A DNA stretch of 64,000 bases. Source: the human T2T-CHM13v2.0 reference genome, Homo sapiens. Positions 40,214-54,583 of the stretch are shown here, in pieces. The stretch lies in assembly GCF_009914755.1 (NCBI RefSeq), contig NC_060945.1; one strand, given 5' to 3'. Position 1 is the first letter of the stretch. Each line of letters starts with the position of its first letter. Made by a program: the position numbers and the translations under genes. The notes below the pieces were generated by a model. That model saw only the letters and a list, made by a program, of their open reading frames with translations. It made no database searches and was not told the DNA's origin.

Positions 40214-41700
40214 AAAATTTCTAGGTGAAATAATAAAATAAAATAAAAATAGTGGTCGGAAATCTGTCTCCTGAGACAGAAGTGTCTGATTTTCTATAAC
40301 TCAGTTAAAAGTGGTGCCAATAGAAACGCAGTTACGACGTCAATACCGGAAGGCCAGGAATGCCGCGTGGTGAAGAAAGTGGGTCCAGAGGCCCTCCCTG
40401 ACCTTGGTGTGCTCGGCCTGGACATGCCTGTCACTGTTGATGAACAGCAGGTGCAGATGTGTGTGCCGCCCTGACTGGGGTCTCGGGGAGGCGCGGCGCC
40501 GTCCCACTGCCTAGAACCGGCTGGTGTGTGTTTTTGTTTATCTGCCCACAGCTCCTGGTTGAACAAATTCTCTGGTTTCATTTTTCCCATAACAAAATGA
40601 GCTTTCTCAGTAATGACAAAAGAAAACTTATGTTCTGAGGCACGGAAGCCTCCATAAAGGAGGGGAAAGTGCCCCTTATATTCCAGGGCACCCTTCAGTG
40701 GCCTGGAGGAGCCCTGCCTCCCTGGAGCCGTGCGCTAGGTCGGGCTGTGTGGCTGGGGCAGGCGTGCTTCCCATCCACCCAGCTCCAGCAGCTCCAGCTC
40801 CTGCAGGACGCACATCTGGCCCCATCTGCATTCTCTCACCAAAGCCTTCCACCAGAACCTCCCACCCACTCTGGAGCCCCTTCTCTCCACTGCCAGAGCC
40901 AAGGAGGCGGCCGCAGGAGTCATTCTGGGGGTCAGAAGCTGACCTCTGCTCTATTCCCTCTATTCCTTCGGGGATTTTGTGACCATGGCCAAGTCATGGT
41001 GGCAGGACCTCAGCTCCCCTGTGTGCACCTGGGGTTGGCGTCATAGACCGTCTCCATGGCCTGCCAGCCCCAGTAGGTTTGTAACTGCATCTGAGGCCAC
41101 TCGTGGCTTGATAAAGAAGAAAGAGACAGGCCGAGGGAGGGAGGTGGAGGTGAGGGTGGCGATGAGATGCGTTGGGGAGATGCAGAAGGAGCTAGAGAGG
41201 GAGGTAGTGAGGGGGAGTGGAGCAGGGCAGAAGCTGGGCAGATCCACCCAGCCCAGCACCCCTGCCCAAGGGAGTGCGGGAGCCTGGGTGGGGAAGAAGT
41301 GTGGGAGGAACAGGGGAGACCCTGACTTCATGCCGCTCGCAGGCAGGGCCCTCCCTGTTGGTGAGGGGGTGCTTTTAGGCAGGTGTTCCTGGTCGGGGGA
41401 GGCCAGTCTAGATCAGAAGAGCAGGCTTGACCCCTCCTTGGCCTTTAGCAGTGCCTTGAGGCCGAGTGAGGGTCCTAGGCTGGTGGACGTGGCTCTCAAG
41501 AGGCCTGTGGACTGATTCCACCACACGTGGCTGCCTCTCCGTGAGCCGCACGGGCAGCGTGCTAGGCCTGCGTGCCTCGCCGGAGGGAGGGCTGAGTCGC
41601 ACTGGCTGGGACATGGGAAACACGCCACCCAGCCACGCCAACTCCGAGGCAGACGAATGCCACTTTCTGCATGATATTTCCCCCAGATGTCCGCATCTTT

Positions 41701-41978
41701 CCCCCAGATGTCATCAGTGCCTGCTTCCCTCCCTGTGGAGGGCTCTGAGGGCCGACCCCCAAAGTCCATCTTTCCCCCAGATGTCATCAGTGCCTGCTTC
41801 CCTCCTTGTGGAGGGCTCTGACGGCCGACCCCCAAAGTCCATCTTTCCCCCAGATGTCATCAGTGCCTGCTTCCCTCCCTGTGGAGGGCTCTGAGGGCCG
41901 ACCCCCAAAGTCCATCTTTCCCCCAGATGTCATCAGTACCTGCTTCCCTCCTTGTGGAGGGCTCTGACGGCCGACCCC
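41701..41978. repeat. 73-bp minisatellite, ~4 copies, ABAB variant order
   Basis: Units start at 41701, 41774, 41847 and 41920. Confidence 0.95.
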
Positions 41979-44507
41979 AGGGTGGGAGAGGGCCAGCCCC
42001 CCAGCAGCAGGAGCAGTTTAAACTGCGGGTAAGTGTGCTCCAGGGGCCCTGGTTCTGCAGAGCCACACGCCGAGGCTCCTGAGCTATGTGAGGAATCCAG
42101 GGTGCAGCTCACTGCGTGTCGCCCAACTGCCCTGGGAACCGGCACTGCAGGGTCAGGTGCATCCCTTTCCATGTGAGCTCCTGGCCAGCCCAGGCAGACA
42201 GGGGAGGCCACACAGCTTCCAGGCAGGCAGCGGCTGGGCCTGAGCTGGCCCATACCTGCCGGGCTCCTGTCCCACCGGCTGTGTCCAGCCAGCCAGGGCT
42301 GGGGACATACACACCTGAGCTGCTCTCAGGAGCACTTTTACTGGAACCTCGAGGAACCTCAACCTCCTTGTTTCTAGGTTGCAGCTCCATTACGTGCTCT
42401 GCAAGTGAAAGATGCTGAGGTGGACACTAACGTCGGGAGGGAAGCCTAAACATTGACGTCATCTGTGCAAAAAGTCAGGAGCATCCACAGGTCCACTCTG
42501 TCCCGGACACGTTCTCAAAGTCAGGAGCATCCACAGATCCACTCTGTCCCGGACACGCTCTCACGCTCTCTCCGGTTTGACTTTGCAATAACACAGCCCA
42601 CGAGGGTCACCGTGACCTTGAAACAGTCCTGGCTACTTTAAAATTAGCTGCCCCTAGGAGCATGGAAGATGATTCATCCCGTGACAAATCTTGCCTTATG
42701 TCTCTTTTAAACACACACATCTGGGTATCAGGCAGCCTCACGGGGGCAGCTTGGTTGTGCTGGAACTCAGCCTCATTGACTCCGGTTTCATGTGCACAGA
42801 AACTGACTTTGAAACTTGCAGGAAGAGGCTGTCCTGGAAGAAGCTGCAGCCTGCAGAGACGGCCCTGGGCTTCCTGCATCGCTCCCTTCCTGCCACGGGG
42901 CTGTGCCAGGAGCTTCCATGCAGCTCTCACACACAAGGCAGGTCCCCAGCTGGCTCTCTGCAGAGCCTGACCTGAGGCACCCATTCGATGAGAGCAGGTT
43001 CTCTCAGTGTAGAACCCAGACCAGCAGAAGCCGCATCACGGGGACGCTTCAGAGACGCACTGCTCAGCCCAGAACTGCCAGGCCTGGCAGCCGGGGTGCG
43101 GGGACCCTGGGACCCTGATGTTGTGTGAGTTCAGGAAAAACAGCGTTGCCTTCCTGAATGCTGTTCCATTTACTTCTAGCTCCTACGTGTTTCTTCAAGT
43201 AAAACACAGTCGAGCCTCATTATTCATGGGCAAATTTGCCTACTTACTGGCATTTACCCTAACCCAGATTCAATACTCAGGGCACCTCCACGGTCATTGG
43301 TGGACGTCACAGCGTCACAGCAATGAGACGTGAGTTTCCTGACACGGTGTCTGGGCGGGGGCAGAACGAGCCATGCTTTGGTGTCTCGTTTGTGTGTGCG
43401 TGAGTGTGTGAATGTGGGAGTATGTGAGTGTGTGTTCATGTGTGTGTTCGTAAGCGTGTTCTCACCTCAACACTAACAACCCTGACTGGCATGTGATGGC
43501 AGCCTCATGGGGCTCCAAGCCCATGTGTATGGGCTCCCTGTCTGTGCTGGAAGGTTCTACAGCAAAAATCAGCCCCTGCTCACCAGAGGCAAACTGAGCA
43601 TGAAAGGAAATGAAAGACGTGAACTTTAATGCCTCTCATGTGCCGGGAGAACGAGGTCACACAGCAAATCACGGCTCTTGGGAATCAGGATGTGTTTGAA
43701 AACTTCAGGGGCTCTGAGCCCTCATGAACCCAACTGATGGGCAAGCAGCCCAGGCCCAGGCTGGAGATGGGGATGGGGCTGGCCATGGTCCCTGCCAGGA
43801 GCTGGAAGCCACTCCCGCCCCTCCTGCTCTCTCCATGTCCACTGGACACTGTCCCTGGTCCTGGGAGAAGAGGGAAGGCCTCTCAGCCTCCACTGGAGGG
43901 ACTGCTGGGCGAGCCTGATCTACACCACAGCACTCCCCACCACAGGAGCGACTTCACTGACCCCAAGGGGGACACTTCCCTTAAAAGGATCATCCCACAC
44001 TGACCCTTGTCTTGGGAATCCCAAGTCGGAGGTCACGTCAGAGGCAGGAATCCAGGCTCAGGGACATCTGCCCTGTCCCCAGAGGTCTTTGTTGTCCGAA
44101 GCCCTGCATTCTCTGGCTCTAAGGAATTCTGAAGCTATTTTGGACACTGCAGCCCTTCCCAGGGTGGCCAGAAGAGGACAGGCAGGCTTGCTTGGGGTGG
44201 GAGGAAGCCGTGGTCCACACTGGAGCATAGAAACCAGCCCTGTAAGCCACCCTGCTGGCCTCACAGGTTGTAGGGAGCAAAGGCCGTGTTGAAGCCCAGG
44301 AGCCCCTCAGGAAGGAAACCCCTCAGACTAGGGAACATGGGGAGTGGGCAGCCACTCCTCCCCACCCTCAGGCCCATAAGCTGCACTCCCCACAGTCCCC
44401 AGGTTCATCCACAGGGAGGCCCCAGCAGGAAGGCAGGGCCAGGGCGCAGGGCGAGGTCGGGGGAATGGACTCCCCTGGGTTTCTCCCTGCCGATCGCTGT
44501 AGTGGTT

Positions 44508-45007
44508 GAGTCCTCCACTGAGCACAGCCACTCCTGTAGGCTTACCCCGCTGCAGCTCGCTCTCGGATCCTAATAAACAAGTGAGTCCTCCACTGAGCAC
44601 GGCCACTCCTGTAGGCTCACCCCACTGGAGCTCACTCTCGGACTCTAATAAACAAGTGAGTCCTCCACTGAGCACGGCCACTCCTGTAGGCTCACCCCAC
44701 TGGAGCTCACTCTCGGACTCTAATAAACAAGTGAGTCCTCCACTGAGCACGGCCACTCCTGTAGGCTCACCCCACTGGAGCTCGCTCTCGGACTCTAATA
44801 AACAAGTGAGTCCTCCACTGAGCACGGCCACTCCTGTAGGCTCACCCCACTGGAGCTCGCTCTCGGACTCTAATAAACAAGTGAGTCCTCCACTGAGCAC
44901 GGCCACTCCTGTAGCCTCGCCCTGCTGAACCACTCCTGTAGGCTCACCCCCACTGGACCACTACTGTAGGCTCACCCTGCTGGAGCACCCTCTCGGACTC
45001 TAATAAA
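44508..45007. repeat. 75-bp minisatellite, ~5.5 copies plus a degenerate tail
   Basis: GAGTCCTCCACTGAGCACGGCCACTCCTGTAGGCTCACCCCACTGGAGCTC(A/G)CTCTCGGACTCTAATAAACAAGT. Confidence 0.95.
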
Positions 45008-45194
45008 TGAGTTAGTAGCCCTGGGCACTGTACGTCCTGTGTTGAGTTCCACAAACCCTGCCTTTGCCTTTGTAAATCATCTCCTTTTTAAAGTCTTCAC
45101 AGAGTATCAATTCTGACTATGCCCTCTGCTTCTTTGTGTGTCATGTTTTTGAAATCTTTTCCAAACACACCCTCTAAAAGAGAGCCACTTACCA

Positions 45195-45508
<314 letters not shown>

Positions 45509-47269
45509 ACATTTTCTAACTAGAATTTACGGTTTTGTTTTTGACATTTAAATCCTTAATCCACTGGGAGTTACTTTCATCTTTTTCCATATGGACAACT
45601 ATTTTTTTCTAGCTCTACTGATTGATAGGTTTCCCCTGTTTCCACCAACCTGCAAAGCCATTGGTTCCACCCACACAAAAATTTGTTCCTGAGTTCTCTG
45701 TCCAATCCTGGTGCCCGTCTGTTTTTCCAGGCAAAAATCTCACATCACTTCCACTGCTATAATTTCTTAACAATCCCAACATGTGGTGGAAAAATCTCCC
45801 TCCCTCTTCAGAAGTGTCCTAGCTATTCCTGTTTTTTTAGTCTTCCATATGCATTTTAGAATAATCACATCAATTCTCACGGAACACCTTTTTGGGATTT
45901 TGTTTGGACGTCCCCCAACCCCTGTCCCTGCCTGGCCATGCTGGGGAGACGCCCACCTTCTCCAGGGGCTTCGCCGTAAGGGACAGGCCTGACACCAGGA
46001 TTCTCCAAGAACTGCCTGCGTCTCTTCCTGCTGAGCACTCACCTCACCGAAACCACAACAGGTAACGAACTCGGCCGCTGGTTCCTGCCCCGGGTCTCGC
46101 CAGTGGGGGCCCAGTGCTTCTGTTCACCAGCACCAGGGGCCTGGCCCACATCCCAGACAGCAAGGTGGGAGGACACAGAGGGGCTCTGCCTGCAGAGGCC
46201 TTCCAAACCCTGCCCACCTGTGCCCCCCGGGTGGGCTGGCCAGGTCCCCTCCACTCATTCCACAGCCCGCAGCAGGTGACTTCGGGCTGGCAGCTGGTTG
46301 GGGAGGCTGCCTTTTTACCGTGCCCTGAGTGAGTTAAGGCTGAAGGCTGCTGCCCGGGGATCTCTGCGCCGACTTGCAGCAGCACACAGAGGGCTCCGTG
46401 TGGCTCTAAGGTGGGCAGGGAGAGCCAGTGGCAAGCTCAGAAGACTTCCAGAACCGCCGGCCCGTGGCAGCGGGAGTCGGCTGCGAGGCTGTCCCAAGGC
46501 CGGGTGTCCTGCAGGGCTGGGCAAAGGGCACGCTGGCCTCTGCCTCCCCTCACGGGGCCGGGCAACACCCTGGATCTTTCCCTTTTCCTTCATTTACAGA
46601 AACCCCTTGAGGGAGGCGAAGGTGGAGAGAAGAGCCAGACAGGAGACAGGAAAAGGGGAGGCAGATGGCGGGGGCGGGGGCAGGACAGGAGCTCAGAGGG
46701 AAGAGGGGGACCACCGTGGGGAGGGCAGGACGGAGAGGAGAGGGGCTGGGTGGGTGGGGCTGCAGCGTGAGGCCCCCACGACCACTGCCTTCCCAGGCTC
46801 GCCCCCCAGCCCCTTCACCTGCGTCCTGGACGTGACAGTCCTAGCTCTTCCCACCCCGGCCCTCCCAGCACCCCCAGGCCTCCTCCCACAAGTTGAGGGG
46901 CCAGAAACGCCACGTGTCCCCTTCACCGGCACCTGAAGGCAGAGCAGGGGAGTTGGGTCTGGACGAGCCTCTTCACTGAGAACATCCCCAGAAAGCTCAA
47001 CTTCATCGTAAAAATTCATCCACATTTGTAGTCCTGGTCTTAAGGTTTTTTATTGACTTTGCTTACCGTAAGATACACCACGCATCCACAAGTGTGTGTG
47101 TGATGTGTTTGCGTGGTTTACAGAATAACATAAAAACCATCCGAAACACACCACTGTCCACAAGCTGAGTCTGAGGCCAGGCTCCCAGGCAAGGAGGTGG
47201 TCCCTGGTGGCACGGGCAGGGTGCGTGGAGACGGGGACCCAGAGGATGCACGGGAAAAACATGCCTTTA

Positions 47270-47366
47270 TGGTTCAGTTACCTCCCACCGGGTCCCTCCC
47301 ACAACATGCGGGGATTATGGGAGGCACAATTCGAGATGAGATTCGGGTGGGGACAAACCACATCAC
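47270..47366 (+). mobile_element. THE1/MST LTR 3' fragment
   Basis: ttcagttacctcccaccgggtccctcccacaaca.g.gggattatggga..acaattc.agatgagatt.gggtggggaca. Confidence 0.75.
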
Positions 47367-47544
47367 CTGGCTACCTACTACTGTACCACGCATACCCGGC
47401 CAAGATGAGATTCGGGTGGGGACACAGCCAAGCCACATCACCTGGCTACCTACTACTGTACCACGCATACCCGGCCAGGGAAACCCCCACCCGAGGGTGC
47501 AGACTGAACTAACTAGTGCTTGAACTGTCATGAATCATGTTTAT

Positions 47545-48250
47545 TGACAGAGAATTGGCATACAACAAGCTGCACATCAGTGTCCATTTGACATGAGTTG
47601 ACATCTGTGTGTACCCACGAATCCACTGCCACCATACAGGCAGTGAACAGACCCACTTCTCAGGGTTCCTTGTGTCCTCTGTCCTGTCCTCCACAGCCAC
47701 TCCCAGTCCCGACCCCAGGCAACCATTGATCTATTTTCTGTCACATAGGTTGGTTTGCATTTGCTGGAATCTTACGTGAACACAATCCTGCAGTTCACAC
47801 CTTTTGGTCTGGCTTCTTTTCCTTGGCACAAGCTCTGTGCTGTTTGCCTGTGTTGTGGCCCACACTGAGTTCACTGCGTTCTACTCCTGAGTGCCCTCCG
47901 TGGGAGAGGAGCTCCGGGCTGGCTGATACACTCGCCTCCTGACAGGAGCTTGCTTTGCCTCCAGTTTGCAGCCCTCACAAACAAGGCCGCTATGAACATG
48001 TGGCTTCAGGTCTTGATGCGGATGACTGAGGACCTGAATATCTGGATCACGAGACAGGTGTGTGTTTAACTTTTTAGCAAGCGGCAAAACTGTTTTTCAG
48101 AAGGGTCGTCCTACTGCGGAAGTGAGTGGCCTTCCCTGAGTTTCCAGTCGGTGCTGGGAGTTCCCTGAGTTTCCGCACTCAGGGCCGGGAGTTCTAGCTG
48201 CTCCACACCTTTGACGACTCTTGCTACAGTCGGTCTTGTAAATTGTAACC
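47545..48250 (-). mobile_element. Old L1M fragment (antisense)
   Basis: ccccaggcaaccattgatctattttctgtcac...ggtctggcttcttt, typical of the L1M 3' end. Confidence 0.6.
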
Positions 48251-49539
48251 TTTCCAGGGCCCCAGGATGAGAGAGTCTTTCGTTCCCCTTTTCACAGATG
48301 AGGAAACAGAGTCACAGAGAGGCTGAGGAATGTTCCCGAAGTCACAAACCCGGCGAGTCCTGGAGTCAGGCCTCGAGCTCTGAGCCGGGCGGAAACTCAG
48401 TGGGGGTCTCCGGAAAAGGCCTGAGCCACAGGCGCCACTCCCTACGGCTGAGGCTACAAAGCCTGCGGCACCCCCACAGCTGCTCCACAAATGGCTCCCA
48501 GAAGTGCTGACTCCCCGGTCCTTAATGGTTGGAGGCCCTGAAGTCGGAGGCCTGGTCTGAGCCGCCTCCGAGGAGGCAGAGCCCCTGCGTCCAGGTGGGG
48601 GCTGCTGGGCCTGTGGGCAGAGGGGGTGTCATGGGGCCCATGGGTGAGGAGCCACTGCCATGGGAAGGAGGCCGCCTGGCCGCTGGGTCACCCTCACGCT
48701 CACAGTGAGCTGGGCTTTGTCTTGCCTAGAGGAACAGGAAAAGGAGCTGTGTTGGTTTCCAGTCACAGTGTGGGGAGAGAAGCCCATGAAATCCCCTGGA
48801 TATGGCTCACAGAGCCAAGAGTAAGTTGCAAAAAGGTGCAGTGCCTGGGCCCCATGGCTGAGTCCTTACTCGCATGCTTGCCAGCGCATTGCTCCCGGCA
48901 CGAGGCCGCCCGCCTGCAGCAGGCCCGCAGGGGCACGGTGGGTCTCCGCCCGCTCCTCATGCCTTGAGCGCGTCATCCTTCCCGGGGTTCACGGCCTCTG
49001 ACAGCCAGACCTCAACACGGCCAGCACGGTGTGCATGGTGTGCACGCCTCCTGCGCCGGGGCCACCAGAGTGGGCTCTCACCGGAGGAGAAAGACAGTCG
49101 GGGAGAGCAGCGCTGTCTGTCACGCTTTGTCACGCTTTGCCGGTGTCATCTGAGAAGTGGTGCAGGGGACAAGGGGGGCGTGACAGGACTGGTCCTGCGG
49201 TAGAGACCCTCTGGGGTGGTGTTCCTGGAACTCTCCCGAAGCCTCTCTTGTTGACATGCATGCCCCACTGAGGAGGGCACACAGCAGAGCTGAGTTATAC
49301 CCACACCCTGCAATCAAACATGCCCCACATCACACCTGGAGTCACGCAGACCCCAGGCAGCCTGCACAAAATGCCAAACAAGAAAAAACTGCAAGAAAAC
49401 CACCGCCACACGCCTTTCTAGAACATGCAACCTAAGGATCAAATCCCACAACCAAAGGTGCACAGAGAGGTGTTGGGGAGAGGACAAGGGCAGCCTCCAC
49501 ACTAGAGGACAGAGTGGGGCTGGCATGGCAGCCGCAGGG

Positions 49540-49787
49540 ACACAGCAGGCTGTGGGGCCGGGGGCTGAGCCTGGGTGGCAGCCGGCTGTGGGGCCGGGGG
49601 CTGAGCCTGGGTGGCAGCCGGCTGTGGGGCCAGGGGCTGAGCCTGGGTGGCAGCCGGCTGTGGGGCCGGGGGCTGAGCCTGGGTGTCAGTCGGCTGTGGG
49701 GTCGGGGGCTGAGCCGGGGTCACAGTCGGCTGTGGGGTCGGGGGCTGAGCCTGGGTCGCAGTCGGCTGTGGGGTCGGGGGCTGAGCA
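49540..49787. repeat. 36-bp G-rich minisatellite, ~7 copies
   Basis: CAGCCGGCTGTGGGGCCGGGGGCTGAGCCTGGGTGG. Confidence 0.95.
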
Positions 49788-50891
49788 GGCACTCTTAGGC
49801 CGTCTACCTCCGAACCCAGCTCTTCCCTTGTGGCCATGCAGGCTTGGGGAAAATGGCCTCCTCTCTGTGAACCCGGTCTCTGAAATGGGATCAGACCCCG
49901 GCCTACACTCTCTCTACCTCGGCTCCTGTCCGATTTCTGAGGTTCAGTGGATTGTCAGGTTGGATCCCCCCAGCTGGTTCAGGAGGCAAACACTGTTATT
50001 ACTGCCATTTTTCAGATGAGAACCAGCTCATGAGATCAGAGGGGCGAGCATCTGCCAAGGTCCTCCCTGGCAAGTGGACATGGGCCAGGCAGGACGGCTG
50101 CAGAAGCTGAGTGTGCCTCTCCCGCTTCACCACCCCTCGGTGTGAACTCCCTATCTATGAATTTAGAGGATGTCCTGGGTGGGTTCCCTGGAGACTCGAG
50201 CCTGAGGAAAGGGTTAAGTGCAAGAGCTTCGTGGGGACTGTGATCCAGGGAGCAGGCGGAGAGCAGAGCAGGGGACAGGCAGGGTGATGACGAGATGGAG
50301 CCCTGAGCTGACCGGCCTGGGGACCACTGGGTGTCCCATCCTCTTTCTAACATCGAAAGCTCTGCTCTTCACCCTTGGGCTTCACTGAGGGAACGAAGGG
50401 GCGCTCACGTTTATGGAGACTCTTTCCAATCCCTTGGTAGAAGTTTATCCTTTTGATGAAGTTGTTTGCGCACCTTTCAAGGCTCACTGCGGGCATTTCA
50501 TGTTTCGTGACTATCGTGAAGACATTTTTTCTATCATACTATATTAGTTATTGTTGATGTATAAGAAAACTATTGGTTTGTTTTGATGTTCACCTTGCCC
50601 ATGCCCATCATCCCCAACTTTTATTTATTCTGATACCTTTGCAGAGTTCTGACTGATTTCTCTTGGAATTTCTAGAGGGACAACGCTGTCATCTGCAAAT
50701 AACTCAACATGCTTATTCTCCATCTCATTCCTTATCTGATCACATCATCTAGGATCTCGAGAAGTATCAAGTGTTTATTCTTATCAAATTTTATCATTTT
50801 CTTTTTGGTGATTTTAAAAGGAATGCAAAATATTTCACAATCTATTTTCAATATTTGGGAGATGACTTTTATGAAGTTAAGAATGCATGCT

Positions 50892-51200
50892 GGCCAGGCA
50901 CGGTGGCTCACACCTATAATCCCAGCATTTTGGGAGGCTGAGGTGGGCAGGTCACTCGAGCCCAGGAGTTCAAGACCAGCCTGGGCAGCATGGAGAAACC
51001 CTATCTCTACAAAAAATACAAAAATTAGCTGGGCATGGTGGCACGTGCCTGTAGTCCCAGCTACTCAGGAGGCTGAGGCAAGAGGATTGCTTGGGCCCAG
51101 GAATTCAAGGTTGCAGTGAGCCATGATTACAGCATCGCACTCCAGCCTGGGTGACAGTGAGACCCTATCTCAAAAAAGAAAAGAAAAGGAAGAAAAGAAA
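50892..51200 (+). mobile_element. Alu (AluJ-like)
   Basis: Full dimer with A-rich tail. Confidence 0.9.
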
Positions 51201-51494
51201 GCATGCTTTGCCCCATAGCAAAAGAGTTTTTATCATCAAGTGTTGAATTTTATTGAACATCTTGGAATTTATTGATGCATCCCATGGCTTTCTGTTCTGA
51301 TAAAGCAGTGACTTGTGGTCGCTGATGTCCTAATATTGACCCATCTTTATATTTCTGAATGTGATGGGATTCTGAGCCTCTGTATTTCTAGGGGAGACTA
51401 GTCTCTGTGTGATGTATGACGAATCAGAAAATTCATTCCTTATCTGATCACATCATCTAGGATCTCAAGAAGTATCAAATGTTTATTCTTATGA

Positions 51495-51864
<370 letters not shown>

Positions 51865-54032
51865 TGACCACTAAACAGTAAGGGTTTTGTGTGCATGGGA
51901 TCATCGACTGTGTGCACTTAGGCATCTGTCTCCTCCCACGCAACCGTGACATTTGTGAGGCTCAGCCCTGCTGTCACACCTTCCTCCTCATTGCCGAAGG
52001 TCACCACATTGTGTTAAACAACCACCGTCTCCATTTGACTGCTGAGGGACACTGGGCTATTTCTGGTTCAGACTGTGATGAACGGTGCTGCTGTGAAGGT
52101 TCCTGGACAGGTGTTTTTAGAACATGTGTGGTGGGGCGCATTCCCAAGAGAGGACTTCTTGTCAGATGCATGCATGCTCCACTTTATCAGAGAGGCCACT
52201 TCTCCAAAGAGACTGTACAATTTATGCTCCCACCAGCAGCATGGGGACGCTTCGCCCGGTTCTTATCCCCTCCAAGAGCTGGTGTTGTCCGTTGTGTTCT
52301 TTTTAGCGGATTCTGGGAGATGAGTAAAAGATTAACGTAACCTTCTCTCATCAATATGGACAAGTTAATACTGGTTTAACTTTCTAGCTATGTTTCCCTG
52401 AAAATCTAATCAAGGCAGAATGTTACCCAGGACGTGACCCCTGATGGGCGCATTGCACCTAAATTTGCAGGTCTTTGCAGGCACTAGAAATATCTGCTGG
52501 GGGCACCCTTGATTTCGGTTGCCCGGGTGCAGTGACCTGCTCCTGGGCATGTTCCTTGATGCGTGCTGCACCGACCCCTCTGGAGCTGAACTAGAGATGG
52601 AACTGTAGGCCAGGGTTGTTTCACCCATCCATATGGATCTTGCTCTCCCATATTCCAGCTGCCACTTGATGGGAGAGGGGGAGAGGGGCCAGAGAAGAGG
52701 AGGCACCTTTGCTGAAAATCAATTGATCATATACACACGAATCTATTTCTGGATTCTATTCTGTTGTATTGGTTTATATTTGTTTCCTTTTGCAAACTGC
52801 ACTATTTTGATGACTGCAGCTTTATAATAAAATATTGAAGACAGGGAGTAGCATTCTCCAACTCGTTCTTCCTTTTTCAACCTTGTTTTGGCTATTCTTG
52901 TTCCTTTGTGTTTTTATACAGAGTTTGTAATCAGCTTGCTAATAGTTACCAAAAAGCTGCTAGCATGTAGATTGTAATTGTGTTGTATTTATACATAATT
53001 TAGGGACAATTGACATCTTCACAACATTGAAACTTCTGATCAAGAATCTTCCGAGTCTTCATATTCCCTGCTGTGGTAAGTATTGCTTTTTGTTTCATTT
53101 CTAATTTTTCATCGCTAGTATATAGAAACACAGCCAGTTGTTCTGTGTTGCCCTTATGTCCTGCAACCTTGCTAAACTCACTTATTAATTCTAAAAGTTT
53201 GTGTATAGTCTCCTTAGGATTTCCTACAGACAATCATGTCATGCGTGATTAGTCCTTTTTTATTTCTTCTTTTCCAATCTGTACCCCTTTATTTCTTGTT
53301 CTTGCCTAATTAAACTAAGATCTCCCATGCAATACTGTATAGAAATGGTGAAAGCAGCATCCTTCTTTTGTTCCTTACCTTGGGAGAAAGATTTCGTTTT
53401 ACAATATTAAGTATAAAATTATGCTCTTTACCAGGCTGAGAAAATACCCTTCTATTCCTAACTTCCTGAACTTTTTAAAGAATGGGCGTTTAATTTTGCT
53501 ATATTATTTTTCTGTAGATGTGTATTTTTTGTAGGGAGATGATCCCATGACTTTTTTCAGTTATTCTACTAATAGAGTGAATTATATTGACTGACTTTTG
53601 AATGTTAAACCAACCTTGCATCCCTGAGATGGTACCTGCTGGTCAGGATTGTGACGATCCTTTCTCTGCAGTACTGGGTTTTCTTTGCTAACATTTTGTC
53701 AAGGATTTTTGCAGGATATTGATCTGCAGTTTTCTTTTCTTGCAGTGTCTCTGTCTGGTATCAGAGTAATAGAGGCCTCACGAAATGAATTGGGAAGTTT
53801 CCCTTTCTCCTCTGTGTTCTAAAAGAGCTTCTGTAATTTGCAATTATTCCTTCAATAAATATTTTATAATATTTACCAGTGAAGACATCTGGGCTAGGGG
53901 TTTTCCTCCTAAATGGCTTTTAATTGAGTTTAATTTATTCAACAGACATGGAGCTATTCAGTTTTTAAAATTAAAATTGTTCACAAATGGTATTTTATAA
54001 ATTCTCTATTTTCATAAGTAGCATTTATTACC

Positions 54033-54194
54033 CTTTTTATTTTTTAAGAGACAGGGTCTCACTCTGTCACCCTGGCTGGAGTGCAGTGGCGTGATCATAG
54101 CTCTCTGTAACCTTGAACTCCTGGGCTCAGACAATCGTCCCGCCTTGGCCTCCCAAAGTTCTGGTATTGCTGGCGTGAGACTCTGAGCCTGGCC
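54033..54194 (-). mobile_element. Alu monomer / internally truncated AluJ
   Basis: gagacagggtctcactctgtcacc...gccttggcctcccaaagt. Confidence 0.8.
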
Positions 54195-54290
54195 CATCTT
54201 TTTAATATCTGTAGGATCTTTCTTTCTTCTATTTTTTCATTCTTGATATTGGAAATTTACATCAGTACCCTTTAAAAAAAAATCAGTCTG

Positions 54291-54583
<293 letters not shown>

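Noticed and set aside
42454-42461. Perfect CRE palindrome TGACGTCA
   Set aside because: A single 8-mer can occur by chance in 64 kb, and there is no supporting motif cluster.
44328-44933. ORF with 25-aa repeats
   Set aside because: Translation of the 75-bp VNTR.
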